Shown here: one piece after another, positions 51,476-64,000 of the stretch
Position numbering within the stretch: the first letter of the stretch is position 1
Layout: every line of letters begins with the position of its first letter
From: Mobula hypostoma
Lineage: Eukaryota
Assembly (NCBI RefSeq): GCF_963921235.1
Contig: NC_086108.1
Span: 47,308,001-47,372,000, forward strand
Reading direction: 5' to 3'
DNA length: 64,000 nucleotides
Made by a program: the position numbers and the translations under genes
The notes under the pieces: generated by a model
Told to the model about the DNA's origin: nothing
Databases searched by the model: none
The model's input: only the letters and a program-made list of their open reading frames with translations

Positions 51476-52605
51476 GGGTTTTAATGACTCCTTTCTCGTT
51501 GATATTGCCTTTAACAAATACGGGGGATTATGTTTATCATGCCGATCCTGCTGTTTCTGTTTTCAGCAGATCAAAACCCTGCAGCTCATTACCTAATCCC
51601 AAGGCTTGTCTGTTTTACAATGTTTCCAGTTCTTACAGAAATATATTGTCAGTTTGAGATTAGTCAACTGAAACCATGCTATTTTAGTGTCTAAACAACA
51701 CTACATTGTAACTTGGTCAAGGTTATCGACACGGTATAACTGAAATTACATTTTTACCAAGCAGTTCCAGCTTGAATGGGCGGGGAACAAGATTTCATGC
51801 AGTAGACATCTTTTTAAACTGCAGCATCGTCATTTTGAATATTAGACAAGCTTTCTTCTTCTCTGCTATGTAAACATGCAATATAATTATTCCAATCTTG
51901 TTGAAAATATGCTGTTATTACAAACAGGTTTGTTACTGAAAAAAAAAGCTAGGAGAAGTTGATGGCACAGCTTCACTGCCAAAGATTGAGAAATTGTGAA
52001 TTAGTATTACTCTCATCATTAGGGATTGCCAGCCCCACTTTCAACTGCTTAATAATGCTACCCATCTTTGTTAAAATGCACTGTTTAAATATATTATCTT
52101 CCTGAAAGGTTTGAATTGGAATCCTGCACTTCCTTGGCATTACCGGCATTCAGAGAGTAGTCATTAGTGTTACTAGTGTTTTGATTTGTTTTCCGACATT
52201 CCTTACAAGATAGAATTATCAACAATTATCCATAATTGCCTCTATATCTTACATGTCCTGATCTGTATTGCCTTGCTTGCTCAGTTGTAGATCAGTAAGT
52301 TCGCTCACTAAGCTATAACTTAGTGCTGCCACTGCAGAATCAGTTATGGTGCAGGGGGGAAAATATATCAGTTGCAGAATGCAGTCCCTCAGAAACAGAC
52401 AACCAGATAAGCTCAGCGAAGTAGAATCTGTCCAGTTTGTCATGATCCTGCATTTTCCGTTTTTCAAAAAACATTTCGGCCAAGATACCTATTTCTGTAG
52501 TGCACTAAGACCATTTACTTTCGGTAATAGTGGAATTAAGAAGCCTACAAGAATGACCACACAGCATAGCTCACATACAGTTTGATTTTGGTTCATCAAA
52601 CCTAC

Positions 52606-52773
52606 CATAATTAAGGTGACGGATACAGTCATTAAGTACAGCACCAAATCCCCGTTGCTCCTCCTCACTCTCAAAACAGAAGTAGTTGTGTTTTCGAAAT
52701 GGATGCCACAGATACACTGGATATTGGGTGTGGTTAACAACAAGGCACTGATTACCATCTTTCCCATTGGTCC
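52606..52773 (-). CDS. NIBAN1: NIBAN1 coding exon ~5
   Basis: acatttcag|(G)TNGKDGNQCLVVNHTQYPVYLWHPFRKHNYFCFESEEEQRGFGAVLNDCIRHLNY+g|gtaggt; 168 nt, phase 1-1. Confidence 0.94.
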
Positions 52774-52959
52774 CTGAAATGTAAACACAGACTTGATGTT
52801 ACTCAGACAAGGAGAATAAGTATGGAACTATGTATAAAAAAACCCTTCAATTACAGTTAACTTCTCCATGCATATATGTGAGGACAACATTAGATAGATT
52901 CATGGCCTAAAAATTCAAACACTCAGTCACCTCTGAAAATGCATTATTTTGTACAGGAT

Positions 52960-53470
52960 CAGGATGTGGGCCCCCAGATACTAAGAACTTTCTACAGGGG
53001 CACGATTGAGAGCATCCTGACTGGCTGCATCACTGCCTGGAATGGGAACTGTACTTCCCTCAATCGCAGGTCTCTGCAGAGAGTGGTGCGGACAGCCCAG
53101 CGCATCTGTAGATGTGAACTTCCCACTGTTCAGGACATTTACAAAGACAGGTGTATATAAAGGGCCTGAAGGATCATTGGGAACCCAACTCACCCCAACC
53201 ACAAACTGTTCCAGCTGCTACCATCTGGGAAACGGTACGACAGCATTAAAGCCAGGACCTAAAGACAGCTTCCTCCACCAGGCCATCAGACTGATTAATT
53301 CATGCTGACACAACTGTATTTCTATGTTATATTGACTATCCTGTTGTACATACTAATTATTATAAATTACTATAAATTACACATTGCACATATAGACGGA
53401 GACATAACATAAAGGTTTTTACTCCTCATGTACATGAGGGATGGAAATAACAAAGTCAATTCAATTCAAT
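52960..53470 (+). mobile_element. Rex/Babar-like LINE 3' fragment
   Basis: ILRTFYRGTIESILTGCITAWNGNCT...LQRVVRTAQRI; (caatt)n tail. Confidence 0.8.
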
Positions 53471-54112
53471 ACTTCAGAAAGTCAATCAGTATTCCTGATT
53501 GTAGTTCAGCCTGACATGCCTTTGGTGATTTCCATGTCAGTTGTTCATGGGATGGTATCAGTTCTCACACTGTACCCCTTTTAGAGAATTATGAACAAAT
53601 TTAGATCACATTGTCTCAGGAGTGATCATCATTGGCCAGTTCCTGGCAATCAGGTCTTCACAGCACTTCAGAGGACCTCCACTAAGGGCATTTCCTTTAT
53701 CTGATTGGTATACCTTTGCCCAATCCGACAATGACACACGAGCCATCACACCTCCCCACTATCAATTACCTTCCATGTTCATCTCCTGAACCTCCCTGCC
53801 GGACCTTCTAACCACCATCAATCTCTTCTTAGGTTTTTGCAATAAGAGTGCACCCATTTATGTGACATTGTCCACGTCTAGTATATAGTAACATCATTCT
53901 GCAAACCAAGATATAAAAATAGGACCTCTTCATAAACGCAGCTGAAAATTGTGTAAATCCTACTCTTTAGTAGGAGAAAGGGTAGATTTCTCCTTGCCAT
54001 CTGTAAGTAAAACTAGCAATGCTACATTCTAGAAGTTGAATGTCTGCCTTAAACTGAAAGCCCTTCTCATGAATACAAAGACTAATAAGCCTCATCTACC
54101 AATTCTGGGTTA

Positions 54113-55215
54113 TAGAACGTAGAATTGTACAGCACAGGAGCTGAAACTTTGGTCTATGACACCTGTGCTGAACAAAGTGCCAAATTAAACTACATCACTT
54201 CAGCCTACACACATTCCGTATCCCTCCAATTCTTGCATTTTCATGACTGCAATAACTGCAATGTGACTCTTATACTCAGTGCCCTGGCCAGTAAAGGCAA
54301 GCATGCCACACACTTTCCTCACCATCTTATCTACTTGTGTGGCCACTTTCAGAGAGCTATGGACATCCCCAAGATCCCTCGATACATCAATGCTGATAAC
54401 AGCCCATTAAGTGTATATGTTCCTCTTACACTTGATCTCCCAAAGTGCAGCTCTCATATTTGCCTGGATTAAACTCCATTTGCCATTTCTCCACCCATAA
54501 CTGTAACTGATCAATATTCTGCCTATCCTTTGACAGCTTTCTCCACTGTTTACAACTCTACCAATCTTTGTGTCACCTGCAAGCTTACTAATCCCCTTAT
54601 TTACATTTTCAACAGTCATTTATATATTTCACAAACTACAGACTTTGCAGCAATGATCCTTGCAGAACACCACTCATCATGGACCTCCAGCAGGATTGAC
54701 ATTCTTTCACCTCTACATTTTGCCTTCTGAATCCTAACTACTAAGTCACCATGTGTCCCATGCATCGTAGTCTTCTGGATCAAACCTACTGATAGTAATC
54801 AAGTTATCTTTTATCAAACGTGCATGTATCCTTGCCCTAAGAATCCTCTTCAATTGCCTCCTTCTACTGATGTGAGGCTCACCAGCCTATAATTCCTTGG
54901 ATTATCCCTGCTTCCTTTCTTAAACAAAGGAACAACATTAGCTACTCTCCAGTCATCCAGGACTTTGCCTGTGGTGAAGATAATTCCCATAAGGCTCTGG
55001 AGATTTATCCACATTCGTTCTCTTCCAAAGACCCAACACCACCTCCATCTTAATCCCCAATTAGCACATTAGCATCTCCACACTGCTCTCACTGTGCCCC
55101 ATGTCTTTTTCCTTGGTGAATACTGACATAAAGTACTTGCTTACTACTTTGTCCATATCGTCTGACTTCAAACATAAATTTCCTCCTTTATCATTGAGTG
55201 GTCCTACTCTCTCTT
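54113..55215 (-). mobile_element. Old CR1 RT fragment
   Basis: ISKLAGDTKIGRVVNS and degenerate VPLFKKGSRDNPRNYRLVSLTS. Confidence 0.75.
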
Positions 55216-55311
55216 ATTTTTAATGCAAGTATACAATTATAGGTTGATAAATATTATTTTGAATCTTTCTAGCTTTGATAGGCTTCCAGATGCTTGGTCC
55301 CTCCAGCCTTT

Positions 55312-58230
55312 TAGAATATAGAACATTACAGCACATTACAGGTCCTTCGCCCACAATGTTCTACCAACCACGTAACCTACTCTAGAAACTGCCTTGAATT
55401 TCCGTACCGCATAACCTTCTATTTTTCTCGTCTCCATGTACCCATCTCCTCTGCACCCTTTCTATGGTTTCCACGTCCTTCCTATAGTGAGGTGGCCAAA
55501 ACTGAACACAGTACTCCAAGTGGGGTCTGACCAAGGTCTAATATAGCTGCAACATTACCTCACGGTTCTTGAACTCAGTCCCATGGTTAATAAAGGCCAA
55601 CACACCATGCGCCTTCTTAACAACACTGTCAACCTGCGTAGCAGCTTTGAGTGTCCTATGGACATGAACTCCAAGATCTCTCTGATCCTCCAGACTACCA
55701 AAAACCTTACCATTATTATTATGTCCTGTCTTCAAATTTGACCTCCCAAAATGAACCACTTCACACTTATCTGGGTTGAACTCCATATGCCACTTCTCAG
55801 CCCAGTTCTGCATCCTATCAATGTCCTGCTGTAACCTCTGACAGCCCTCCACACTATCCACAACACCTCCAACCTTTGTGTCATCAGCAAACTGAGTAAC
55901 CCACCCCCTACCTCCTCATCCAGATCATTTATAAAAATCACAAAGAGGAGGGGTCCCAGAACAGATGCGGAACACCACTGGTCACCAACCTCCATGCAGA
56001 ATATGAACCATCTACAACCACCCTTTGCCTTCTGTGAGAAAGCCAATTCTGGATCCACAAAGCAATGTCTTTTTTGATCCCATCCCTCCTTACTTTCTGA
56101 ATGAGCCTTGCATGGGGAACCTAATCAAATGCCGTACTGAAATTCTTATACACTACATCCACTGCTCTACCTTCATCAATGTGTCTTGTTACATCCTCAA
56201 AAAATTCAATCAGGTTCGTAAGGAATGTCCTGTTCTTGACAAAGCCATGCTGACTATCCCTAATCAGATTATGTCTCTCCAAATGCTCATAAATCCTGCC
56301 TCCAACAACTTGCCCACCACTGATCTATACTGGTCTATAATTTCCTGGGCTATCTCTACTCCTTTTCATGAACAAGGGAACAACATCCGCAACCCTCCAA
56401 TCCTCCGGAACCTCTCTCGTCCCTATTGATGATGCAAAGATCATCGCCAGAGGCTCAGCAATCTCCACCCTCACTTCCCACAGTAGCCTGGTGTATACCC
56501 TATCCAGACCCGGTGACTTATCCAAATTAATTCTTTTCAAAAGCTCCAGCACATCTTCTTTCTTAATGTCTATATGGTCAAGCTTTTCAGTCCACCGTAA
56601 TTCATCTCCACAATTGCCAAGGTCCTTTTTCCGGTGAATACTGAAGCAAAGTATTCATTAAGTACCTCCACTACCTCCTCCAACTCCATGCACATGTTTC
56701 CACTATCGCACCTGATTGATCTTATTCTCACACGGCTCATCCTTTTGCTCTTCACACACTTGCAGAATGCCTTGGAGTTTTCCTTAATCTTGCTCACCAA
56801 GGCCTTCTCATGGCCCCTTCTGGCTCTCCTAATTCCATTCTTAAGCTCCTTCCTGGCAACCTTGTAATTTTCTAGAGCACTTATAGTATGTAGGTTCTTG
56901 AATCTTTTATAAGCTTTTATTTTCTTTTTAGCCAGGTATTCTACATCCTTTGTACACCATGTTTTTTTTTTACCCTACCATCCTTTCCCTGCCTCAATGG
57001 AACATACCTACACAGAACTCCATGCAAACGTTCCCTGAACATTTGCCACATTTCTGCTGTGCATTTCCCTGAGAACATCTGCTCCCAATTAATGCTCCCG
57101 AGTTCCTGCCTAATAGCATCATATTTCCCCCTTCCCTAATTAAATGTTTTCCCAGATTGTCTGCTCCTATCCCTCTCTAGCACGATGGTAAAGGTGACTG
57201 AGTTGTGATCACTACCTCCAAATTGCTTTCCCACCTAGAAATCTGACACCTGACCAGGTTCATTTCCCAATACCAGATCAAGTACAGCCTCTCTTCTAGT
57301 TGACTTATCTATACATTGCGTCAGGAAACCTTCCTGAACACACCTAATAAACTCCACCCGAACCAAGCTCCTTGCTCTAAGGAGATGCCAGTCAATATTG
57401 GGAAAGTTAAAATCAACCATCACAACAGCCCTATTATTTTTGTACCGTTCCAGAATCTGCCTCTCTATCTGCTCCTTGATGTCTCTGTTACTATTGGGGG
57501 GGGGGTCTATAAAAATACCCAGTAGAGTTATTGCTCCCTTCCTGTTTTTGGCTTCCACCCACACTGACTCAGTCGACAATCCCTCCATGACTTCCTCCTT
57601 TTCTGCTGCCGTGATACTATCCCTGATTAGCAATGCCACTCCCCCACCTCTTTTGCCTCCCTTCCTGTCCTTCTTGAAACATCTAAACCCCGGCACACTA
57701 ATCAGCCATTCCTGCTCCTGGGACATCCAAATCACTGTAATGGTCACAGCATCATAGTTCCATATATTGATCCATGCTCCAAGCTCATACACCTTGTTTA
57801 TGATACTCCTTGCATTAAAATAGACACATCTCAAACTATCTGGCTGAGTGCATCTTTGCTCTATCATTCCTCACAAACTCCCTACAAGCTGTCTCTACTT
57901 GTGCGCCAACTGCCCCATCCTCTGCCTCTTCATTTCGGTTTCTACACCCCTGAAAATCCAGTTTAAACCCTCCCCAATACCATCAGCAAACTTCCCTTCC
58001 AGGATATTTGTTCCTGTCCAGTTCAGGTGCAACCTGCCCCACTTGTACAGGTCACCCCTTCCCCAGAATATTCTGCACCTGCTCAGAGATATCCTGGATC
58101 CTAACACCTGGGTAGTAACACATTATCTTGGTGTCTCTTTTTCTGCTACAGAAGCTCCTATCCATCCCCCCAACTATCGCGTCGCCGATGACTATTGCTC
58201 CACCTGACTTCATCCTACCTTCCTGAGGCT
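55312..58230 (-). mobile_element. CR1 LINE, near full length, decayed (ORF1 esterase end, endonuclease, RT, tail)
   Basis: ORF1 AIVIGDAIV...LHLNWTGTNIL (SGNH-esterase-like); ORF2 CVYFNARSI, KSPGLD, NYRPV, KWHMEFNPDKCEV; ttctat tail; internal deletion near 55447. Confidence 0.9.
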
Positions 58231-58357
58231 CAGAACTTTTACTGAGAAGTTGCTCTGAACAAAAATACCCATTTTTCCAGAATAACATGAAGGAAATACA
58301 AACATATACTAAGGCAGCTGTGCAAATCAAAATGCCATCAAAATGTCAACAACTCAC

Positions 58358-58472
58358 CGCTTGGGTCAGGGAAATATTTATCCACCAGCAGGGTGTACTC
58401 AGCCATGGATGTTAACACCCTGCAGCCAGTGGGATGCAGTTTACATTTTGGGCCACCTCCTTTACGATAGGC
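58358..58472 (-). CDS. NIBAN1: NIBAN1 coding exon ~4
   Basis: ctctacgtcag|AYRKGGGPKCKLHPTGCRVLTSMAEYTLLVDKYFPDPS+g|gtgagt; 115 nt, phase 0-1. Confidence 0.92.
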
Positions 58473-59049
58473 CTGACGTAGAGAAGCAACAGACAAAAAA
58501 TAATCAGTGCCCACAGCAAACCAACTGCAAGTTTAATGTAGTATTAAAAAGCCCGAAAGTATGTACCATGAGTCTCCAGGACGGCCTCTATTCCGCCATT
58601 ATATGACTACTGAACAGCCCCTTTGCATAAAAATAATTACCTCGACTTCACAATCTAACTTGAAATGATTTTGCATCTTAATATTCACCTGAACTGCACT
58701 TTCTCTGTAATTGTAACACTTGATTCTGCATTCTGTTACTCAATGTGTTGATATGATAACGTGATCTATATGGATAAGACAAAGTTTGTAATTGTACTTT
58801 TTGGTACATGTGACAATAATAAACCAATTTACCAATGTTTTGTTTTTTTTTCTGTGACAAAATCTCTAGAATTAGGTTCTCCGTTACAGGGGTGAAGTTC
58901 TGGTTGAATGTTAACCAGGCAGCAACCCGGTGATGAGCTACCATTGAAAGGCATCTGGGCTCAGGCCACAATTGAGCCTGTAGTGAACAAGCATTCTCCT
59001 AAGGCTTGCTGTTCTTCTAGAGGGAGAGTGTTGCCAGGGACTGTGACAA

Positions 59050-59220
59050 ACTAACCTACTAACCCATAAGTCTTTGGAACGAGGGTGGAAATTAGAGCGC
59101 CCAGAGAAAGCTCATGCGGGCAAGAGGGGAACGTACAAACTTTTTACAGACAGCAGCTGAATTGAACCTGGATCACTAGCACTGTAATAGCATTACACTA
59201 ACTGCAATGCTACCATACTG
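59050..59220 (-). mobile_element. Decayed V-SINE
   Basis: ggtagcattgcag head, caggttcaattc B-box-like, agtttgtacgttc core. Confidence 0.6.
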
Positions 59221-60407
59221 AAGGTTGAGCAGTAGATGTGGTGTATATGGATTTCAGCAAGGCATTTGATAAGGTATCCCATGCAAGGCTTATTGAGAAA
59301 GTAAGGAGGCATGGGATCCAAGGGGACCTTGCTTTGTGGATCCGGAACTGGCTTGTCCACAGAAGGCAAAGAGTGGTTGTAGACAGATCATATTCTGCAT
59401 GGAGGTCAGGGACCAGTGGTGTGCCTCAGGGATCTGTTCTCGGACCCCTACTCTTTGTGATTTTTATAAACGACCTGGATGAGGAAGTGAAGGGATGTGT
59501 TAGTAAATTTACTGATGACACAAAGGCTGGGGGTGTTGTGGATAGTGTGGAGGGCTGTCAGAGGTTACAGCAGGACATTGATAAGATGCAAAACAGGGCT
59601 GAGAAGTGGCAAATGGAGATTATCCCAGATAAGTGTGAAGTGGTTCATTTTGGTAGGTCAAGTATGATGGCAGAATATAGCATTAATGGTAAGACTCTTG
59701 GCAGTGTGGAGGATCAGAAGGATCTTGGGGTCTGAGTCCATAGGACACTCAAAGTTGCTACGCAGGTTGATTCTGTGGTTAAGAAGGCATACGATGCATT
59801 GGCCTTCATCAATCTTGGGATTGAGTTTAGGAGCCGAGAGGTAATGTTGCAGCTATATAGGACCCTGGTCAGACCCCACTTGCTCAATTCTGGTCGCCTC
59901 ACCACAGGAAGGATGTGGAAACCATAGAAAGAGTGCAGAGGAGATTTACAAGGATGCTGCCTGGATTGGGAGCATGCCTTTTGAGAAAAGGTTGAGCAAA
60001 CTCGGCTTTTTCTCCTTGGAGTGACGGAGGATGAGAGGTGATCTGATAGAGCTGTATAAGATGATGAGAGGCATTGATCGTGTGGGTAGTCAGAGGCTTT
60101 TTCCCAGGGCTGAAATGCTAGCACGAGAGGGCACAGTTTTAAGGTGTTTGGAAGTAGGTACAGAGGAGATGTCAGGGGTAAGTATTTTTTTACACAGAGG
60201 GTGGTGAATGCATAGAATGGGCTGCCAGCGACGGTGGAGGAGGCGGATACGATAGGGTTTTTTTAAGAGACTCCTGGATAGGTACATGGAGCTTAGAAAA
60301 ATAGAGGGCTATGGGTAACCCTAGGTAATTTCTAAGGTAAGGATATGTTCGGCACAGCTTTGTGGGCCAAAGGGCATGTATTGTGCTGTAGGTTTTCTAC
60401 GTTTCTA
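59220..60407 (+). mobile_element. CR1 LINE RT/3' portion
   Basis: VYMDFSKAFDKV, SGVPQGSVLGPLLF, SKFTDDTK; tttctacgtttctat tail. Confidence 0.92.
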
Positions 60408-61359
60408 TACTGCCACAATTGTGGTTGACAATTTCAAAGTCACAGTTAATATTCTCACTTTATAGAAATGTATTGTTGAATGCCAAGCTTTCTTTTCAAT
60501 TTTGTCTGTTAATTCCTCGCCAAGTTTTATATAAAGTAAACAGGCTGACAGGAAGTTCTAAAAACCACTACCAATGGTATTTTAAATACAAATAAAATGA
60601 TATGGATCTATTCAAGAATATCAGTCACCTCAAATGAAGGCCATTGCATGCTAATAAAGATGAAGTCATTAATTTGATCATCATTGTCACTGTCATTCCA
60701 TCACAAGTAATCTGCAAAAACTAATTCACACTTAGATATTTATAAAATTCTCTTGAACTGCAGTTGGCCATGTCACTAAGAAACCTCTCTCCTCTTACCA
60801 TACCAGGGAGGAAAATGACATGAGCAGGACCAATACATGTAATTTATGATCAGTGACTTCCTGCTGACTTCTCTTCCAATTTCAGGAGGAAAAAATAGCG
60901 GTGCTGATGCAAAGCATGAAAAGTTATTGAACAGATGCCATAATGATGGTAAAGAAAGCCAACTATCTATTGTATTTACTGTATGTATTATGAATAATAC
61001 ATATTTTTGAAATAAGACATCCAGTGACACTATCATGGAGAATATTAGCTGGGTACCACACGCTATTAGATCACAAAACTCATTGCAAATTTTGCTGATC
61101 ATAGTGACAATCTTGCTGTGGAGATCAAAGAGAAGCCTGCAAACTGTGCTAAGAATCTACATTCAGTTGTTGCTACTTACAGGGAAGGTGTTCAACCTTC
61201 TATTTGTTAATTTTGAGCTTTATAGTCTAATGTAGCACTAGTGCATTTTATTTTGTTTTGGCTTTGATAGCAGTGTCAAACCTGCAGAGACTGGGCAGGT
61301 TGTGGAAGGATCACTGTGGGAAGCTTTAGGGACAGTAACTCTGTAAATTATAAGTTAGT

Positions 61360-63420
61360 TGGGACGAGGCTGGTCTTCAGTTTATGGTTTTGAACTGGGG
61401 GAAAGCTGATTTCAATAACACAGAACCTGGTGAAAGTTAGTTGATACGTGAGAATTTTCTAAAAGAGAGTTATTATGAATTCAGAGCCAACGTATTCTAT
61501 AAGTGAAAGGCAAAGATGGCAAGAATAAGAAATCTTTGACTACAGAACATTTTGATCCAGAGAGGGAAAAACAAAGGAAAGCTATGGGAGGGAAAGGAAA
61601 CTAGGTTTCAAGGAGCTTCTTGAGAAATGTTGAGCATGTAGATTACAATTTAGGGTGTCCAAAGAGCAGCCATGAATACCCTTGGCAAATAAGATTTAAG
61701 CAGAATCCCAGTATATTCTGCAAGTATACTAAGAACAAGAGGATAGCCAGGGAAAGAGTAAATTCCCCAAAGGACCAAAGGGTTAAACTATGTTAGGAGC
61801 CAGGTGATGTGGACAAGTCTTAAACAAGTACATACTTTTCATCTGTATTCACCAAAAGGAAAGACATGGAAATTAGTCAGTTCAGAGAGAGGTACAAGGA
61901 CATTCTGGAGCAGATCTTTATCAAGAAGGAGAAGGTGCTAGATGTCATGGAACGCTTTAGAATTGACGCGTTCCCAAGGCTGGCTGAGATCTATCCCAAG
62001 TTGCTATTAGAAGCAAGGGAGGAGACACTTGGAACCCTGACAGAGATTTTTGTATCTTCTCTAGCCATGGGTAAGGTACAAGAAGACAGCAGAAATGCTA
62101 ATGATTTTCCTGTATTTAAGGGGGGCAGCGGGGATTAACTATTTAACTATAGGCCAGCCTATAATTCAGTGGAAAGGAAATTATTGGAGAAAATCCTAAG
62201 GAATGGGATGTATGTACATTTGGAAGGGCAGCAGCTCATCAGGCATGGCCAGCATGGCTTTGTGCAGGAGAAATCAGAAATCCCGACTTGACTCACTAAC
62301 TTGATTGAGCTTTTAGAGAAAACAACTAAGAAAACTGATGGGGAGAAAGGATGGCAGATGTTGTCTATGTGGACTTCAGTAAGGTATTTGCCAATGCCTG
62401 GCATGGTAGGCTGGTCCAGAGAGGTCAAGGCAAATTGGTTAACTGAATCCAGATTGCTTATGGAAGGCAGAGGGGAGTAGTGGAAGGAAGAATTTGTGAC
62501 CAGTGGTACCTCACAAAAGATTGGTGTTGAGACCCTTTTTGTTTGTAATATATATTAATATTCTGGATGAGAATATAGGAAGTATGAATAATAAATTTGT
62601 GGCTGACATGCATGTTGTTGGTGTTGTGGATATCGAGGACGGTTGTCTAAGCTTTCAGCAGAATACAGATAGAAGGCAAGCCAGAGTGTTGAATGGAATT
62701 TAACCCTGACAAATGTGAGATGATGCATTTTGGGAATTCAGATAGATGTAGGACATATGCATAAATAACAAGGCTCGAGGAAATGATGATGACCAGAGGC
62801 TCCTTGGGACTCAGGTCCATAATTCCCTGAAAGTAGCTGTACAGCGAGGTGCTTGGTGTAGAAGGCATACAGCATGCTTGTTTTCACCGGCAAGGGCAAA
62901 TAATATGAAAGTTGGTGCATTTTGTTGCAAATTCAGAAAATACAGATTAGAGCATACCTAAGTGCAACTCTGTTTACCACGTTATTGAAATGATGTGGTT
63001 TTACTTGAGAAGTGCAAAGGAAATTCACCAGGCTGTTGTCTGGACTAGAGAACTGCAGCGATAAGGAGAAATTTAATAGACTGATTTTGTGTTCTCTGGA
63101 GCAGATTTTGGTCGGGGATGATCAAATGGATGTATATAAAATCATGTGAGGCACAGGGAGGAGCGAGAGTAGAATATTTACTCCTAAGATAAGGGTATGA
63201 AAAACAAGATGCATGGGTTTAAAGTTAGAGGAAGGGCTTCTGAAGGGGATTTGAGGGGAAAGTTTATTTCATTCAGAGAGCGATTGATATCTAGAACTTG
63301 CCACATCATTACATTCATGAAACAGTTACACAGGCACGCGAATAAGCATGGTGTAGATGGATATGGACTTAAAAGTCAGCATCAACATGTTGGGCCAAAA
63401 TGGCCCATATTTGTGCTATG
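61360..63420 (+). mobile_element. Old CR1 ORF2 fragment
   Basis: FSSVFTK, IYPKLLLEAREE, QHGFVQEKS, NKFVADM, FNPDKCEMMHFG; many disablements. Confidence 0.8.
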
Positions 63421-63438
63421 ACATTGAGAACTACTTAC

Positions 63439-63570
63439 ATCCTTGTTTTCATAGCATTCAATGCTGTTGTCATTTTTTACAACGAGGTATCGATCTCTCC
63501 ATTTCTTCAATTCTTCCACATATTGTATCACGACTTGTTCATATACCACTGTCCCAGTGTCTACTGGCTC
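63439..63570 (-). CDS. NIBAN1: NIBAN1 coding exon ~3 (PH-like domain start)
   Basis: tttctttcag|EPVDTGTVVYEQVVIQYVEELKKWRDRYLVVKNDNSIECYENKD|gtaagt; 132 nt, phase 0-0; resembles Niban KKWKERYVVVKND. Confidence 0.93.
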
Positions 63571-64000
63571 CTGAAAGAAAGCATTTCAGATCTAAAGCAT
63601 AGTTCAGAGAAAACCAATTACTTCATTTTAAGTTATTTGAGTGAGAGATTTGGTATCTCACCATAAAACGCAATTAGAAACATGTCAAGCACCAATAAAA
63701 CAATGCTTGGTGCTGAGCATCAGGGATGTGTGTAGACTCTGACTTTGATTCATGCCTTTCCCAGAACAAATCAGTCCAGACAAGGGGCTGTACATGACAC
63801 CATAGGAAACTTCAGTGGGAAGTGGGGAAAAGCAGCACTCTTACAGAGTGTGTCAAATCTTGAGACTACTGAGTATCAGAGGAGGAAGGACATTCAATCG
63901 TTTGATACAGATTTCCTGGCTCCACTTTTCACCAAGGTTAACAGGCCATTAAAAAAAACAGGAGCTAGAAGCAAAATATTTTTTAAAAAAAAAGAACGAG

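Overview
Eukaryotic, repeat-rich vertebrate DNA. The repeat content (CR1 LINEs, V-SINEs, Penelope-like elements, Rex/Babar) suggests a cartilaginous fish, probably a ray; this is inference. The whole window lies inside one minus-strand gene, NIBAN1 (FAM129A). Ten coding exons, equivalent to human exons 3-12, splice with canonical GT-AG sites into one open frame of 1368 nt (456 codons). The start and end of the gene lie outside the window. The introns, including a 37-kb intron 5, hold many nested transposons: a young CR1 LINE with a 998-codon open ORF2, decayed CR1, L1, Rex/Babar, Penelope and Gypsy copies, a HERO-type element, a solo LTR, hAT and Tc1 relics, and SINEs. The two most interesting signals: (1) a hammerhead-like RNA motif whose conserved segments are in a scrambled, non-circularly permuted order, just upstream of the HERO ORF; (2) a U_UUA_AAC slippery heptamer at the ORF1/ORF2 junction of two different CR1 subfamilies, suggesting -1 ribosomal frameshifting because ORF2 of the young copy has no AUG before codon 202. 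Exon boundaries and target-site duplications (TSDs) were counted base by base. Boundaries of decayed repeats are approximate, and family names come from motif recognition, not database searches.
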